From NCBI GenBank assembly GCA_032718475.1, contig JAUCBJ010003814.1:1-37087 (forward strand): 37,087 nt of DNA, written 5' to 3'. Of the stretch, positions 1 through 11,300 are shown one piece after another; the first letter of the stretch is position 1, and the number at the start of each line of letters is the position of its first letter. The translations under genes were made by a program, and so were the position numbers. The notes beneath the pieces were generated by a model that was not told the origin of the DNA, did no database searches, and saw only the letters and a list, made by a program, of their open reading frames with translations. This DNA comes from Nemertoderma westbladi. Taxonomy: Eukaryota; Animalia; Xenacoelomorpha.

Positions 1-2410
1 TAATTAATCTGGACACCCCCCAGTCGGGGTAAATGGTAAAAACCTAAGTGCTGTAATTATATATTAAATTGCACGGAATCTAAAATTTATAAATTATTAA
101 TATATGGTCTAAAGTAATTAGTTATTGAGAGGATACGGTGGATATTGTTGGGCATTTGTCGCAGACTAGGGCATGGTATCGGTTCTTTGCGGGTTGCAGA
201 CAGAAACGACATATACAGTCAATACATGGATCGTGGTAGGATTTATTTTCACACAGCTTGAAATGAAACCCGTGTGATGTGGTTCTTGTTGCTAGGTGAC
301 GGTGTCGTTGGCCGCTGCGTTTCCAGCTAGATGATTGGAACGCAGGGCCCAGCTGGTATTGTTCTGCATTGAAATTTGCATTGCGATCGTTTCTGAAAGT
401 GTTGTACTGTTCTAGAATTGCTGAGTTAAATATGCCTGGGAATTTAAGAACAATGTCATTAGTTAAGGTTTCTTCGTTGATTAATTTCAAAGCGAGCGTG
501 GAGGATGAGGAGATGTGTAGGCCGAGTAACCGTTTTATAAATGTAGATTTTATTTTGTCGATTTCCTTTAGTTGGGGCAGTGTAAGCAGGGGACCAAACT
601 CGGATATTGCGTACGTTGTCATTGGGAAAATCTTCATTTGAAATATTTTCATTCCGGTTTGTACAGAAACTAGATGCAGGTTTCTAAGAGAGCCAATGGC
701 GGAATATGCCTTTTCTTTTTTTGCTTTAATGTGCTTTGTGAACGTCAAAGTTGGTTGTAGGGTGAGTCCCAGATACTCGTAATGGTCACAGATTGTTACA
801 GCCTCCCCATTGTAAAAGAATTTGTCATACAGAGCAAGCCGGCCACCCTTCCTAAACTTAACAATCTTTGTTTTTATTAGGTTAACTTGTAGAGAGTTTT
901 CACAGCACCATTTGTGAAGGTTGTTAAGACCGTCTTGAATATCCCTAGGGTTGGTAGAGTAAAAAGCAAGATCATCGGCATAAAATATACATTTCAGAAG
1001 TACTGGATTGCGCGCCGCAGGGCAGATACGAGGTCGGCAATGTACAGGATGAAATTCGTCGGAGAAAGGCAATCGCCTTGTAAGAAACCGAGTATTTGTC
1101 GGATTGCATTTGATAGACGTAACCCATCATAGATTTGTATGAAATTTACTTTCAGTATTGATTTGATGATGTTGTATAGTTTCCCTTTGACACCGAAATC
1201 GTGGTAGAGTTTATGGAAGAAAATATTTCGGCTGGTGGAGTCGAAGGCCTTCCGAAAGTCTACGAAAGCCACATAGACTCGTCCCTCAGAGGCAACTAGT
1301 GACGAGATCTCGGAAAGGAGGAGCTTAATTGCGTCAGTTGTAGATTTGCCCGGGGTAAACCCAAATTGTTCTAGTGGTAAACGATGTAAGAGTCTGAGTA
1401 GTAAACGCTTGTTTATAATGGAGGTAAATATCTTGAGAATGACGCTTAGAAGCGCTATGCCGCGGTAATTATCTGGATTGGTAATTTTACCCTTTCCTTT
1501 GTATAGAACCTTGATGAAACTGGACATCCAAACTTCTGGGATTGAGCCTAGATTGAGACACGTGTTATAAAGTAGGACTAAGAGGTGAATAATAAACGGT
1601 AGGCCTTGTTTAAGGTGTTCGTAGTAAATACGATCGGGTCCGCTAGCTTTACGGTTAGCTGCGTGGTTAATAGTATTTTCTACTTCAGCGGCCGTGATTG
1701 GGGCATTATACCATTCATCACTGTTGGTTTCATCATTTGATGTTTCTGGGATGTCGGGAGTATTTAACGGGTCATTTAAGTGACTTAAAAGATTCTCAAA
1801 ATGAGTTTCAAGTTTATCCATTGGTATAGGTGCTACATTGTTTGGTTTGCCTTCTCTCAGCAAAGTCCATGGTGTAATTTCAGTTTGAGCTATACGTTCT
1901 AGAAGGCGATCTTCCTCATAAATTTCACGTTTGTATTTCAGCAGTTTTTTGTATTCACGGCGTGCTTCCCAGAAAATGTCTTTGTCAGTAGTAGAGAAAT
2001 TCCTTTTTGAGAACAAATGCAGCATGTGTAGTTTGCGATCACGACATTCGTTGTCGAACCATGGTTTTCCGTTTTGAGGTCGTCTTATCGACTTTGGTAG
2101 AACTGAGTCTGTTATAGCATCAGTTAAACATCTGTTGGCAACATTGATATCAGCGTTAACAGCTAGTTCGAAGGCTGCTACTGAAAGGAGCGGGTGGTCT
2201 CGTAGTTTGCTGGTGTTCAAATTCCGCGAAACTAGCGGGGCACGCTGGTTGAGTGGAGACATACGACCTGGTAAGGCGACAGATAAAGTAACTCGTTGAT
2301 GTTTTCGGATAGGGTTGTATGGTATTTCTACTGATGGTGATTGATTGAGGGGCAAGGGAGTCTTTATAAAGAGTAGATCTATAGTGCTTTGTCCTTGTGG
2401 TGATAAACTA
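1..2410 (-). mobile_element. 5'-truncated non-LTR retrotransposon (LINE, RTE-X-like) with the end of an AP-endonuclease, a reverse transcriptase, a C-terminal Cys/His knuckle and a 3' UTR running to the window edge
   Basis: ORFs 994-2541 and 122-1072 join into one pol protein: endonuclease end SPQGQSTIDLLF; KPWFDNECR; KASGPDRI; NPDNYRGIALLS; EQFGF; FVDFRKAFDS; LQGDCLSP; FYADD; KTKIVKFRKGGRL; YEYLG; CRFC...HALVC. The clade call rests on recalled motif style and is tentative. Sequence beyond ~2410 does not look like LINE. Confidence 0.9.
122..2410 (-). pseudogene. LINE pol ORF broken by a single frameshift at ~995-1000
   Basis: The minus strand reads CAG TAC TTC TGA (QYF*) in the upstream frame, while CTG AAA TGT ATA TTT TAT GCC GAT GAT (LKCIFYADD) continues in another frame. 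It is otherwise open for ~760 codons. Confidence 0.85.
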
Positions 2411-2941
2411 AATTTAATACACGCAAAAGTTAATAAATAAAATATAGTGGCTCTTGTGCTACCAGACATCTGATTAATTTCAAAAATGTAACTGGAGGTT
2501 ACATGTGACTTTAGTTTATCCCTCCACATATGAGTGGGCACAGTGTAGGCTACACTGTAGGATACAGATATGAGATGGAGGTGGTATACTACAGTACATT
2601 AGTACTAGGCCTACTCCTTATTCAGGGTAATGCTGTAATGACGTAGTGCAGTAGTGTTAGTTAGTAAACTGCAATTACAATAAAAACTGCAAAGCATCGT
2701 TTACTGACGTCTGATGACAATACAGCAATATTGCTGTACCTGTAGCTGTACTGCTTTCAGGCTTTACTGCAAATAATCCTGATATCGGGCATCGGGTTGT
2801 CGGGATAACAACACAGCATCAGTTATTTATTCCAGGTAGGCCTACGTTACGGTTACCTGATTACTGCACACTTCACTTTTCGGCCTACTGCTGTACTGCT
2901 GTACTGACTCTACTGCAGTACTGACACTGTAATATTTGGAC

Positions 2942-3718
2942 ATGTCTACCGATGCTACAAACGCACCCGACGCCGGGCCAAACCAACACTCAGGGTCGTC
3001 CTTCACCCGCATCTGTTCCTACATCGCGGGTCACCGCATGGAAGCGGCACTATGCGCCTCTCGCATCTTTACCGCCGTCTGCTCTGTACTGTTCGTCCTT
3101 CCCCTAATGGGCTCCTCCACCTCGTTCTACCAACGCGCCCTAATCGCCAGCGCTATAACATCAGCCCTCCGTCTCCACCAACGGCTCCCGAATGTCCAGT
3201 TCTCCCGCCAGTTCCTCTCTCGCGTCGTCACCGAGGACTCCGCTCATTACCTCATGTACGCCGTTATTTTCATCACCTCGTACCCTCTGACCCCGGTAAT
3301 CGTTCCCGTCTTCCTATTTGCCGCGCTCCATTCCGGGTCCTGGTTGAGAACTCTCCTAATAGGATCAGGTCTCGCCTCGAATAACTCACTCGTTGCTCTG
3401 CTGACTAAACTCTCCGCCAAACAGGTGGAGATCTTGAGATTCATAGCGATTATGGAGATAGCTATCTTCCCTATCACGCTGTTCACTCTGTTCAGCGGGC
3501 AGGGCAGTCTGCTGACGCCCTTCATCTACTATCGATTCGTCACTCTGCGATACTCCTCCCAACGCAACCCCTACTGTAGGCAGATATTCCACGAGTACCG
3601 ACTGGCTACCGAGTACCTCGCCTCGCACCAAAAATGTCCCGGGGTCGTGAGATCTCTCCTTTATAAGTTGGTCGCGTTTCTATCGAGATTATCACCGGTC
3701 CCGCAAACCCAGCAATAA
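2942..3718 (+). CDS. TMEM33: Transmembrane protein 33 (Pom33/UPF0121 family ER and nuclear-envelope membrane protein), 258 aa, no introns in the CDS
   Basis: First ATG at 2942 (the ORF track starts at TTG 2936). Recognised motifs: SFYQRALIASAITSALRLHQRLP, EDSAHYLMY, LFSGQGSLLTPFIYYRFVTLRYSSQRNPYCR, C-terminal AFLSRLSP. Colinear with recalled vertebrate TMEM33 along its whole length. Confidence 0.96.
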   Translation: MSTDATNAPDAGPNQHSGSSFTRICSYIAGHRMEAALCASRIFTAVCSVLFVLPLMGSSTSFYQRALIASAITSALRLHQRLPNVQFSRQFLSRVVTEDSAHYLMYAVIFITSYPLTPVIVPVFLFAALHSGSWLRTLLIGSGLASNNSLVALLTKLSAKQVEILRFIAIMEIAIFPITLFTLFSGQGSLLTPFIYYRFVTLRYSSQRNPYCRQIFHEYRLATEYLASHQKCPGVVRSLLYKLVAFLSRLSPVPQTQQ

Positions 3719-4121
3719 GGCATAGTAGTTGGATTAACAGTCAACCCATGTGTTGGTTAACCGATGATTAACAAGAGTTAGCGGTTAATCTCTCACCACT
3801 ACCGGTAGCCCATATAACTGCTAATTCCCTGTCGCTACGGAACGGTCGGTAACTTTGTGACAATATCAAGTACTTCTAGTATTGTGAATGCCGTTCGCTG
3901 TAGCTAATAATTTATGGATATAGTCGGATATATCCGGCTTTATTCGCTAAATATTCTACTCTAACCTCCCCTCTACTTTATTTTCGATATCACTTATATA
4001 ATTTTGATTATAAAACAGCGCTGCTTTCCTACCGGTGGGGTAAAGTTAATTTCTTAACAGCGTGGAATTAAGTTTCCCCTGCAGCAGCGCTGAGTGAATA
4101 GCGTTGGTTAGTAGATATATT

Positions 4122-4537
4122 TAGTGCTGCGAACTGAAACAATGTTTGTCGGTTTCAGTTTCAGTTCGAATAATCCTGTATATTTCAGTTTTAGTTCCCA
4201 AAAAATAGTTTCAGTTCTCGTTTTAAACATTTTCGCAACTGCCTTAGCTGTGGGGCCAATCGTTTGGTCGTCACGTCCGAAATCACCAACCAATGGACCT
4301 GGCTACCGTTTATTTGTTTTTATCATGAAAATACCGGAAATTTTAACCTGCAAAAAGACAAATTTTACGAATATAATTACGTATTACTTGAAATATACTA
4401 TCTAATTACCCTTTGTCATACAGTTGACCTCGTTCGCTCGGGGTCACCTCTAGTTCCAGTTTAAAAAAGTTGCAGTTCAGCAAAAAATTCCAGACAGTTG
4501 CAGTTTGATTTCAGTTCCAGTTCACTTCGCAGCACTA
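4122..4537. mobile_element. Non-autonomous DNA transposon (MITE, possibly hAT-like), 416 bp
   Basis: Perfect 12-bp terminal inverted repeats TAGTGCTGCGAA (4122) / TTCGCAGCACTA (4526-4537), extending to 17 bp with one mismatch. Many subterminal TTCAGTT motifs. No clean 8-bp TSD; both flanks contain TATAT. Confidence 0.7.
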
Positions 4538-5316
4538 TATATCCGTAACTGCGTAACGTGTGCCGAAAATATTGTCCCGCGTGGTTTCGGTTATTCATTC
4601 TAGTTTACTTTTCCGCTGGTTTACAATTATATTTCTCTGTTTTCTCAAACGATAACAATATAGAGAATATATAACCCAAATAAATGATATGTGCTGATAA
4701 ACTGAGATTACACCTTACGTTTACACAATCTGCAACTTATTTTTGTGCGTTCGAGTCTTGAAAATATTTTTAAGCTATTTCTTTCTGAATTGAATTTATA
4801 AATTATAAAAACTCTGGTAAAGGATAAGCGACTGTCACCAAAATGAGTACGGCTGTATAATATTCTGACTCTTCAATTAATATTTGGATTCGTTTAGTAA
4901 CAATTAATTTACCCTATTTTATGTTAGCCCTACACCAACCGAGGTTTATGTGAGCCGAGTTATCGTATGTTTGTGTTGAATAATATTTTTGTCGCTTTTG
5001 TACACTTTAATGGTTTGGGTTTAATTAGTTAGTTACTGTACATTCTTATAATTCGATGTTCGAATCGATTTGTTTTAATACATCCCATACGATCGCTGAG
5101 TAGTTTCGTGTTGCGTTCTGATGTACTTTTTTTCAATTTCTCATGTAAATTACACAGATAGAATATAATAATGCACCAAGTTATTATTGTTGTTGTATTT
5201 TCTTTTACCAATATCTACTTGATGCAATTTATTGTAAACTATGTGCTATTTATCATAAATGATTATAGATTCAAGGTGTTGTTATAGTAATAATTTATTT
5301 CAGTTATTTGGGAAGT

Positions 5317-8300
5317 ATTGGTTGCTAAGTGGATGAACTAGCCTAATTGGTTGCTAAGAGGATGAGCTAGCCTAATCGGTTGCTAACTGGATGAGCTAGC
5401 TTAATTGGTTTCTAAGAGGATGAGCTGGCCTAATTGGTTGCTAAGAGGATGAGCTAGCCTAATCGGTTGCTAACTGGATGAGCTAGCCTAATTTGTTGCT
5501 AAGAGGATGAGCTAGCCTAATTGGTTGCTAAGAGGATGAGCTGGCCTAATTGGTTGCTAAGTGGAGGAGCTGGCCTAATTGGTTGCTAAGAGGATGAGCT
5601 AGCCTAATTGGTTGCTAAGAGGATGAGCTAGCCTAATTGGTTGCTAAGTGGAGGAGCTGGCCTAATTGGTTGCTAAGAGGAGGAGCTGGCCTAATTGGTT
5701 GCTAAGAGGATGAGCTAGCCTAATTGGTTGCTAAGTGGAGGAGCTGGCCTAATTGGTTGCTAAGAGGAGGAGCTGGCCCAATTGGTTGCTAAGAGGATGA
5801 GCTAGCCTAATTGGTTGCTAAGTGGAGGAGCTAGCCTAATTGGTTGCTAAGAGGATGAGCTAGCCTAATTGGTTGCTAAGTGGAGGAGCTGGCCTAATTG
5901 GTTGCTAAGAGGAGGAGCTGGCCTAATTGGTTGCTAAGTGGAGGAGCTGGCCTAATTGGTTGCTAAGTGGGGGAGCTGGCCTAATTGGTTGCTAAGAGGA
6001 TGACCTGGCCTAATTGGTTGTTAAGAGGATGCGCTAGCCTAATTGGTTGCTAAGAAGAGGAGCTAGCCTAATTGGTTGCTAAGTGGAGGAGCTGGCCTAA
6101 TTGGTTGCTATGAGGATGAGCTAGCCTAATTGGTTGCTAAGTGGAGGAGCTGGCCTAATTGGTTGCTAAGAGGATGAGCTGGCCTAATTGGTTGCTAAGA
6201 GGAGGAGCTGGCCTAATTGGTTGCAAGAGGAGGAGCTGGCCTAATTGGTTGTAAGAGGAGGAGCTAGCCTAATTGGTTGCTAAGTGGAGGAGCTAGCCTG
6301 ATTGGTTGCTAAGTGGAGGAGCTAGCCTGATTGGTTGCTAAGTGGAGGAGCTAGCCTAATTGGTTGTTAAGAGGATGAGCTAGCGTAATTGGTTGTTAAG
6401 AGGAGGAGCTGGCCTAATTGGTTGCTAAGAGGAGGAGCTAGCCTAATTGGTTGCTAAGAGGATGAGCTAGCCTAATTGGTTGCTAAGAGGATGAGCTAGC
6501 CTAATTGGTTGCTAAGAGGATGAGCTAGCCTAATTGGTTGCTAAGAGGATGAGCTAGCCTAATTGGTTGCAAGAGGAGGAGCTGGCCTAATTGGTTGCAA
6601 GAGGATGAGCTGGCCTAATTGGTTGCTAAGAGGATGAGCTGGCCTAATTGGTTGTAAGAGGAGGAGCTGGCCTAATTGGTTGCTAAGAGGATGAGCTAGC
6701 CTAATTGGTTGCTAAGAGGATGAGCTAGCCTAATTGGTTGCTAAGAGGATGAGCTAGCCTAATTGGTTGCAAGAGGAGGAGCTAGCCTAATTGGTTGCAA
6801 GAGGAGGAGCTGGCCTAATTGGTTGCAAGAGGATGAGCTGGCCTAATTGGTTGCAAGAGGATGAGCTGGCCTAATTGGTTGCTAAGAGGATGAGCTAGCC
6901 TAATTGGTTGCTAAGAGGAGGAGCTTGCCTAATTGGTTGCTAAGTGGAGGAGCTGGCCTAATTGATTGCTAAGAGGATGCGCTAGCCTAATTGGTTGCTA
7001 AGAGGAGGAGCTAGCCTAATTGGTTGCTAAGTGGAGGAGCTGGCCTAATTGGTTGCTAAGAGGATGAGCTAGCCTAATTGCTTGCTAAGAGGATGAGCTG
7101 GCCTAATTGGTTGCTAAGAGGATGCGCTAGCCTAATTGGTTGCTAAGTGGAGGAGCTAGCCGAATTGGTTGCTAAGTGGAGGAGCTAGCCTAATTGGTTG
7201 TTAAGAGGATGAGCTAGCCTAATTGGTTGTTAATAGGATGAGCTAGCCTAATTGGTTGCTAAGAGGAGGAGCTAGCCTAATTGGTTGCTAAGTGGAGGAG
7301 CTGGCCTAATTGGTTGCTAAGAGGATGAGTGAGCCTAATTGGTTGTTAAGAGGATGAGCTAGCCTAAGTGGTTGTTAAGAGGATGAGCTAGCCTAATTGG
7401 TTGCAGGAGGAGGAGCTGGGCTACTTTGTTGCAAGAGGAGGAGCTGGCCTAATTGGTTACTAAGAGGAGGAGCTGGTCTAATTGGTTGCAAGAGGATGAG
7501 CTGGCCTAATTGGTTGCTAAGAGGAGGAGCTGGCCTAATTGGTTGCAAGAGGAGGAGCTGGCCTAATTGGTTGCTAAGTGGAGGAGCTGGCCTAATTGGT
7601 TGCTAAGTGGATGAGCTGGCCTAATTGGTTGCAAGAGGAGGAGCTGGCCTAATTGGTTGCTAAGAGGATGAGCTGGCCTAATTGGTTGTAAGAGGAGGAG
7701 CTGGCCTAATTGGTTGCAAGAGGATGAGCTGGCCTAATTGGTTGCTAAGAGGAGGAGCTGGCCTAATTGGTTGCTAAGAGGATGAGCTAGCCTAATTGGT
7801 TGCTAAGAGGATGAGCTAGCCTAATTGGTTGCAAGAGGAGGAGCTGGCCTAATTGGTTGCAAGAGGATGAGCTGGCCTAATTGGTTGCTAAGAGGAGGAG
7901 CTGGCCTAATTGGTTGCTAAGAGGAGGAGCTGGCCTAATTGGTTGCAAGAGGATGACCTGGCCTAATTGGTTGCTAAGAGGAGGAGCTAGCCTAATTGGT
8001 TGCAAGAGGATGAGCTGGCCTAATTGGTTGCTAAGAGGATGAGCTACCCTAATTGGTTGCTAAGAGGAGGAGCTGGACTAATTGGTTGCTAAGTGGAGGA
8101 GCTAGCCTAATTGGTTGCAAGAGGAGGAGCTGGCCTAATTGGTTGCTAAGAGGATGAGCTAGCCTAATTGGTTGCTAAGTGGAGGAGCTGGCCTAATTGG
8201 TTGATAAGAGGATGAGCTAGCCTAATTGGTTGCTAAGAGGATGAGCTGGCCTAATTGGTTGCTAAGAGGATGCGCTAGCCTAATTGGTTGCTAAGTGGAG

Positions 8301-11300
8301 GAGCTAGCCTGATTGGTTGCTAAGTGGAGGAGCTAGCCTAATTGGTTGTTAAGAGGATGAGCTAGCGTAATTGGTTGTTAAGAGGATGAGCTAGCCTAAT
8401 TGGTTGCAAGAGGAGGAGCTGGCCTAATTGGTTGCTAAGAGGATGAGCTAGCCTAATTGGTTGCTAAGGGGAGGAGCTAGCCCAATTGGTTGCTAAGTGG
8501 AGGAGCTAGCCTAATTGGTTGCTAAGAGGATGAGCTAGCCTAATTGGTTGATAAGTGGGGGAGCTGGCCTAATTGTTGCTAAGAGGATGAGCTGGCCTAA
8601 TTGGTTGCTAAGACGATGCGCTAGCCTAATTGGTTGCTAAGAGGAGGAGCTAGCCTAATTGGTTGCTAAGTGGAGGAGCTGGCCTAATTGGTTGCTAAGA
8701 GGATGAGCTAGCCTAATTGGTTGCTAAGTGGAGGAGCTGGCGTAATTGGTTGCCAAGATGATGAGCTAGCCTAATTGGTTGCAAGAGGAGGAGCTGGCCT
8801 AATTGGTTGCTAAGAGGATGAGCTAGCCTAATTGGTTGCAAGAGGAGGAGCTGGCCTAATTGGTTGCAAGAGGATGGGCTGGCCTAATTGGTTGCTAAGA
8901 GGATGAGCTAGCCTAATTGGTTGCTAAGAGGAGGTGCTTGCCTAATTGGTTGCTAAGTGGAGGAGCTGGCCTAATTGATTGCTAAGAGGATGCACTAGCC
9001 TAATTGGTTGCTAAGAGGAGGAGCTAGCCTAATTGGTGGCTAAGTGGAGGAGCTGGCCTAATTGGTTGCTAAGAGGATGAGCTAGCCTAATTGGTTGCTA
9101 AGAGGATGAGCTGGCCTAATTGGTTGCTAAGAGGATGCGCTAGCCTATTTGGTTGCTAAGTGGATGAGCTAGCCTAATTGGTTGCTAAGTGGAGGAGCTA
9201 GCCTAATTGGTTGTTAAGAGGATGAGCTAGCCTAATTGGTTGTTAAGAGGATGAGCTACCCTAATTGGTTGCTAAGAGGAGGAGCTAGCCTAATTGGTTG
9301 CTAAGTGGAGGAGCTGGCCTATTTGGTTGCTAAGAGGATGAGCGAGCCTAATTGGTTGTTAAGAGGATGAGCTAGCCTAATTTGTTGTTAAGAGGATGAG
9401 CTAGCCTAATTGGTTGCAAGAGGAGGAGCTGGGTTACTTTGTTGCAAGAGGAGGAGCTGGCCTAATTGGTTGCTAAGAGGAGGAGCTGGCCTAATTGGTT
9501 GCAAGAGGATGAGCTGGACGTATTGGTTGCTAAGAGGAGGAGCTGGCCTAATTGGTTGCAAGAGGAGGAGCTGGCCTAATTGGTTGCTAAGTGGAGGAGC
9601 TGGCCTAATTGGTTGCTAACAGGATGAGCGAGCCTAATTGGTTAAGAGGATGAGCTGGCCTAATTGGTTGCTAAGAGGAGGAGCTGGCCTAATTGGTTGC
9701 AAGAGGATGAGCTGGCCTAATTGGTTGCTAAGAGGAGGAGCTGGCCTAATTGGTTGCAAGAGGAGGAGCTATCCTAATTGGTTACAAGTGGAGGAGCTGG
9801 CCTAATTGGTTGCTAAGAGGAGGAGCTGGCCTAATTGGTTGCAAGAGGAGGAGCTGGCCTAATTGGTTGCTAAGAGGAGGAGCTGGCCTAATTGGTTGCA
9901 AGAGGAGGAGCTGACCTAATTGGTTGCTAAGAGGAGGAGCTGGCCTAATTGGTTGCTAAGAGGAGGAGCTGGCCTAATTGGTTGCTAAGAGGAGGAGCTA
10001 TCCTAATTGGTTACAAGTGGAGGAGCTGGCCTAATTGGTTGCTAAGAGGAGGAGCTGGCCTAATTGGTTGCAAGAGGAGGAGCTGGCCTAATTGGTTGCT
10101 AAGAGGATGAGCTGGCCTAATTGGTTGTAAGAGGAGGAGCTGGCCTAATTGGTTGCAAGAGGATGAGCTGGCCTAATTGGTTGCTAAGAGGAGGAGCTGG
10201 CCTAATTGGTTGCTAAGAGGATGAGCTAGCCTAATTGGTTGCTAAGAGGATGAGCTAGCCTAATTGGTTGCTTAGAGGATGAGCTAGCCTAATTGATTGC
10301 AAGAGGAGGAGCTGGCCTAAATGGTTGCAAGAGGATGAGCTGGCCTAATTGGTTGCTAAGAGGAGGAGCTGGCCTAATTGGTTGCTAAGAGGATGAGCTA
10401 GCCTAATTGGTTGCTTAGAGGATGAGCTAGCCTAATTGATTGCAAGAGGAGGAGCTGGCCTAATTGGTTGCAAGAGGATGAGCTGGCCTAATTGGTTGCT
10501 AAGAGGAGGAGCTGGCCTAATTGGTTGCTAAGATGAGGAGCTGGCCTAATTGGTTGCTAAGAAGAGGAGCTGGCCTAATTGGTTGCAAGAGGATGACCTG
10601 TCCTAATTGGTTGCTAAGAGGAGGAGCTGGCCTAAATGGTTGCTAAGAGGATGAGCTGGCCTAATTGGTTGCTAAGAGGATGAGCAAGCCTAATTAGTTG
10701 CTAAGAGGGTGAGCTAGCCTAATTGGTTGCTAAGAGGATGAGCTGGCTTAATTTGTTGCTAAGAGGAGGAGCTAGCCTAATTGGTTACTAAGAGGAGGAG
10801 CTGGCCTAATTGGTTGCTAAGAGGAGGAGCTGGCCTAATTGGTTGCTAAGTGGATGAGCTAGCCTAATTGGTTGCAAGAAGAGGAGCTGGCCTAATTGGT
10901 TGCTAAGAGGATGAGCTAGCCTAATTGGTTGCTAAGAGGAGGAGCTGGCCTAAATGGTTGCAAGAGGATGAGCTAGCCTAATTGAATGCAAGAGGAGGAG
11001 CTGGCCTAATTGGTTGCAAGAGGATGAGCTGGCCTAATTGGTTGCTAAGAGGAGGAGCTGGCCTAATTGGTTGCTAAGATGAGGAGCTGGCCTAATTGGT
11101 TGCTAAGAGGAGGAGCTGGCCTAATTGGTTGCAAGAGGATGACCTGTCCTAATTGGTTGCTAAGAGGAGGAGCTGGCCTAAATGGTTGCAAGAGGATGAG
11201 CTGGCCTAATTGGTTGCTAAGAGGATGAGCAAGCCTAATTAGTTGCTAAGAGGGTGAGCTAGCCTAATTGGTTGCAAGAGGATGAGCTGGCCTAATTGGT

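Noticed and set aside
2411-2541. N-terminus of the 515-aa LINE ORF as a real start
   Set aside because: It has a GTG start and no endonuclease motifs upstream of SPQGQSTID, so it is probably read-in from flanking DNA past the 5' truncation.
3052-3631. Overlapping ORFs within TMEM33 (3052+, 3247-, 3386-)
   Set aside because: Shadow frames of a GC-rich CDS with no recognisable protein features.
4031-4070. Possible missing copine exon (GG...NF..A-like translation)
   Set aside because: It needs a frameshift, hits stop codons, and lacks the DFT.SNG motif.
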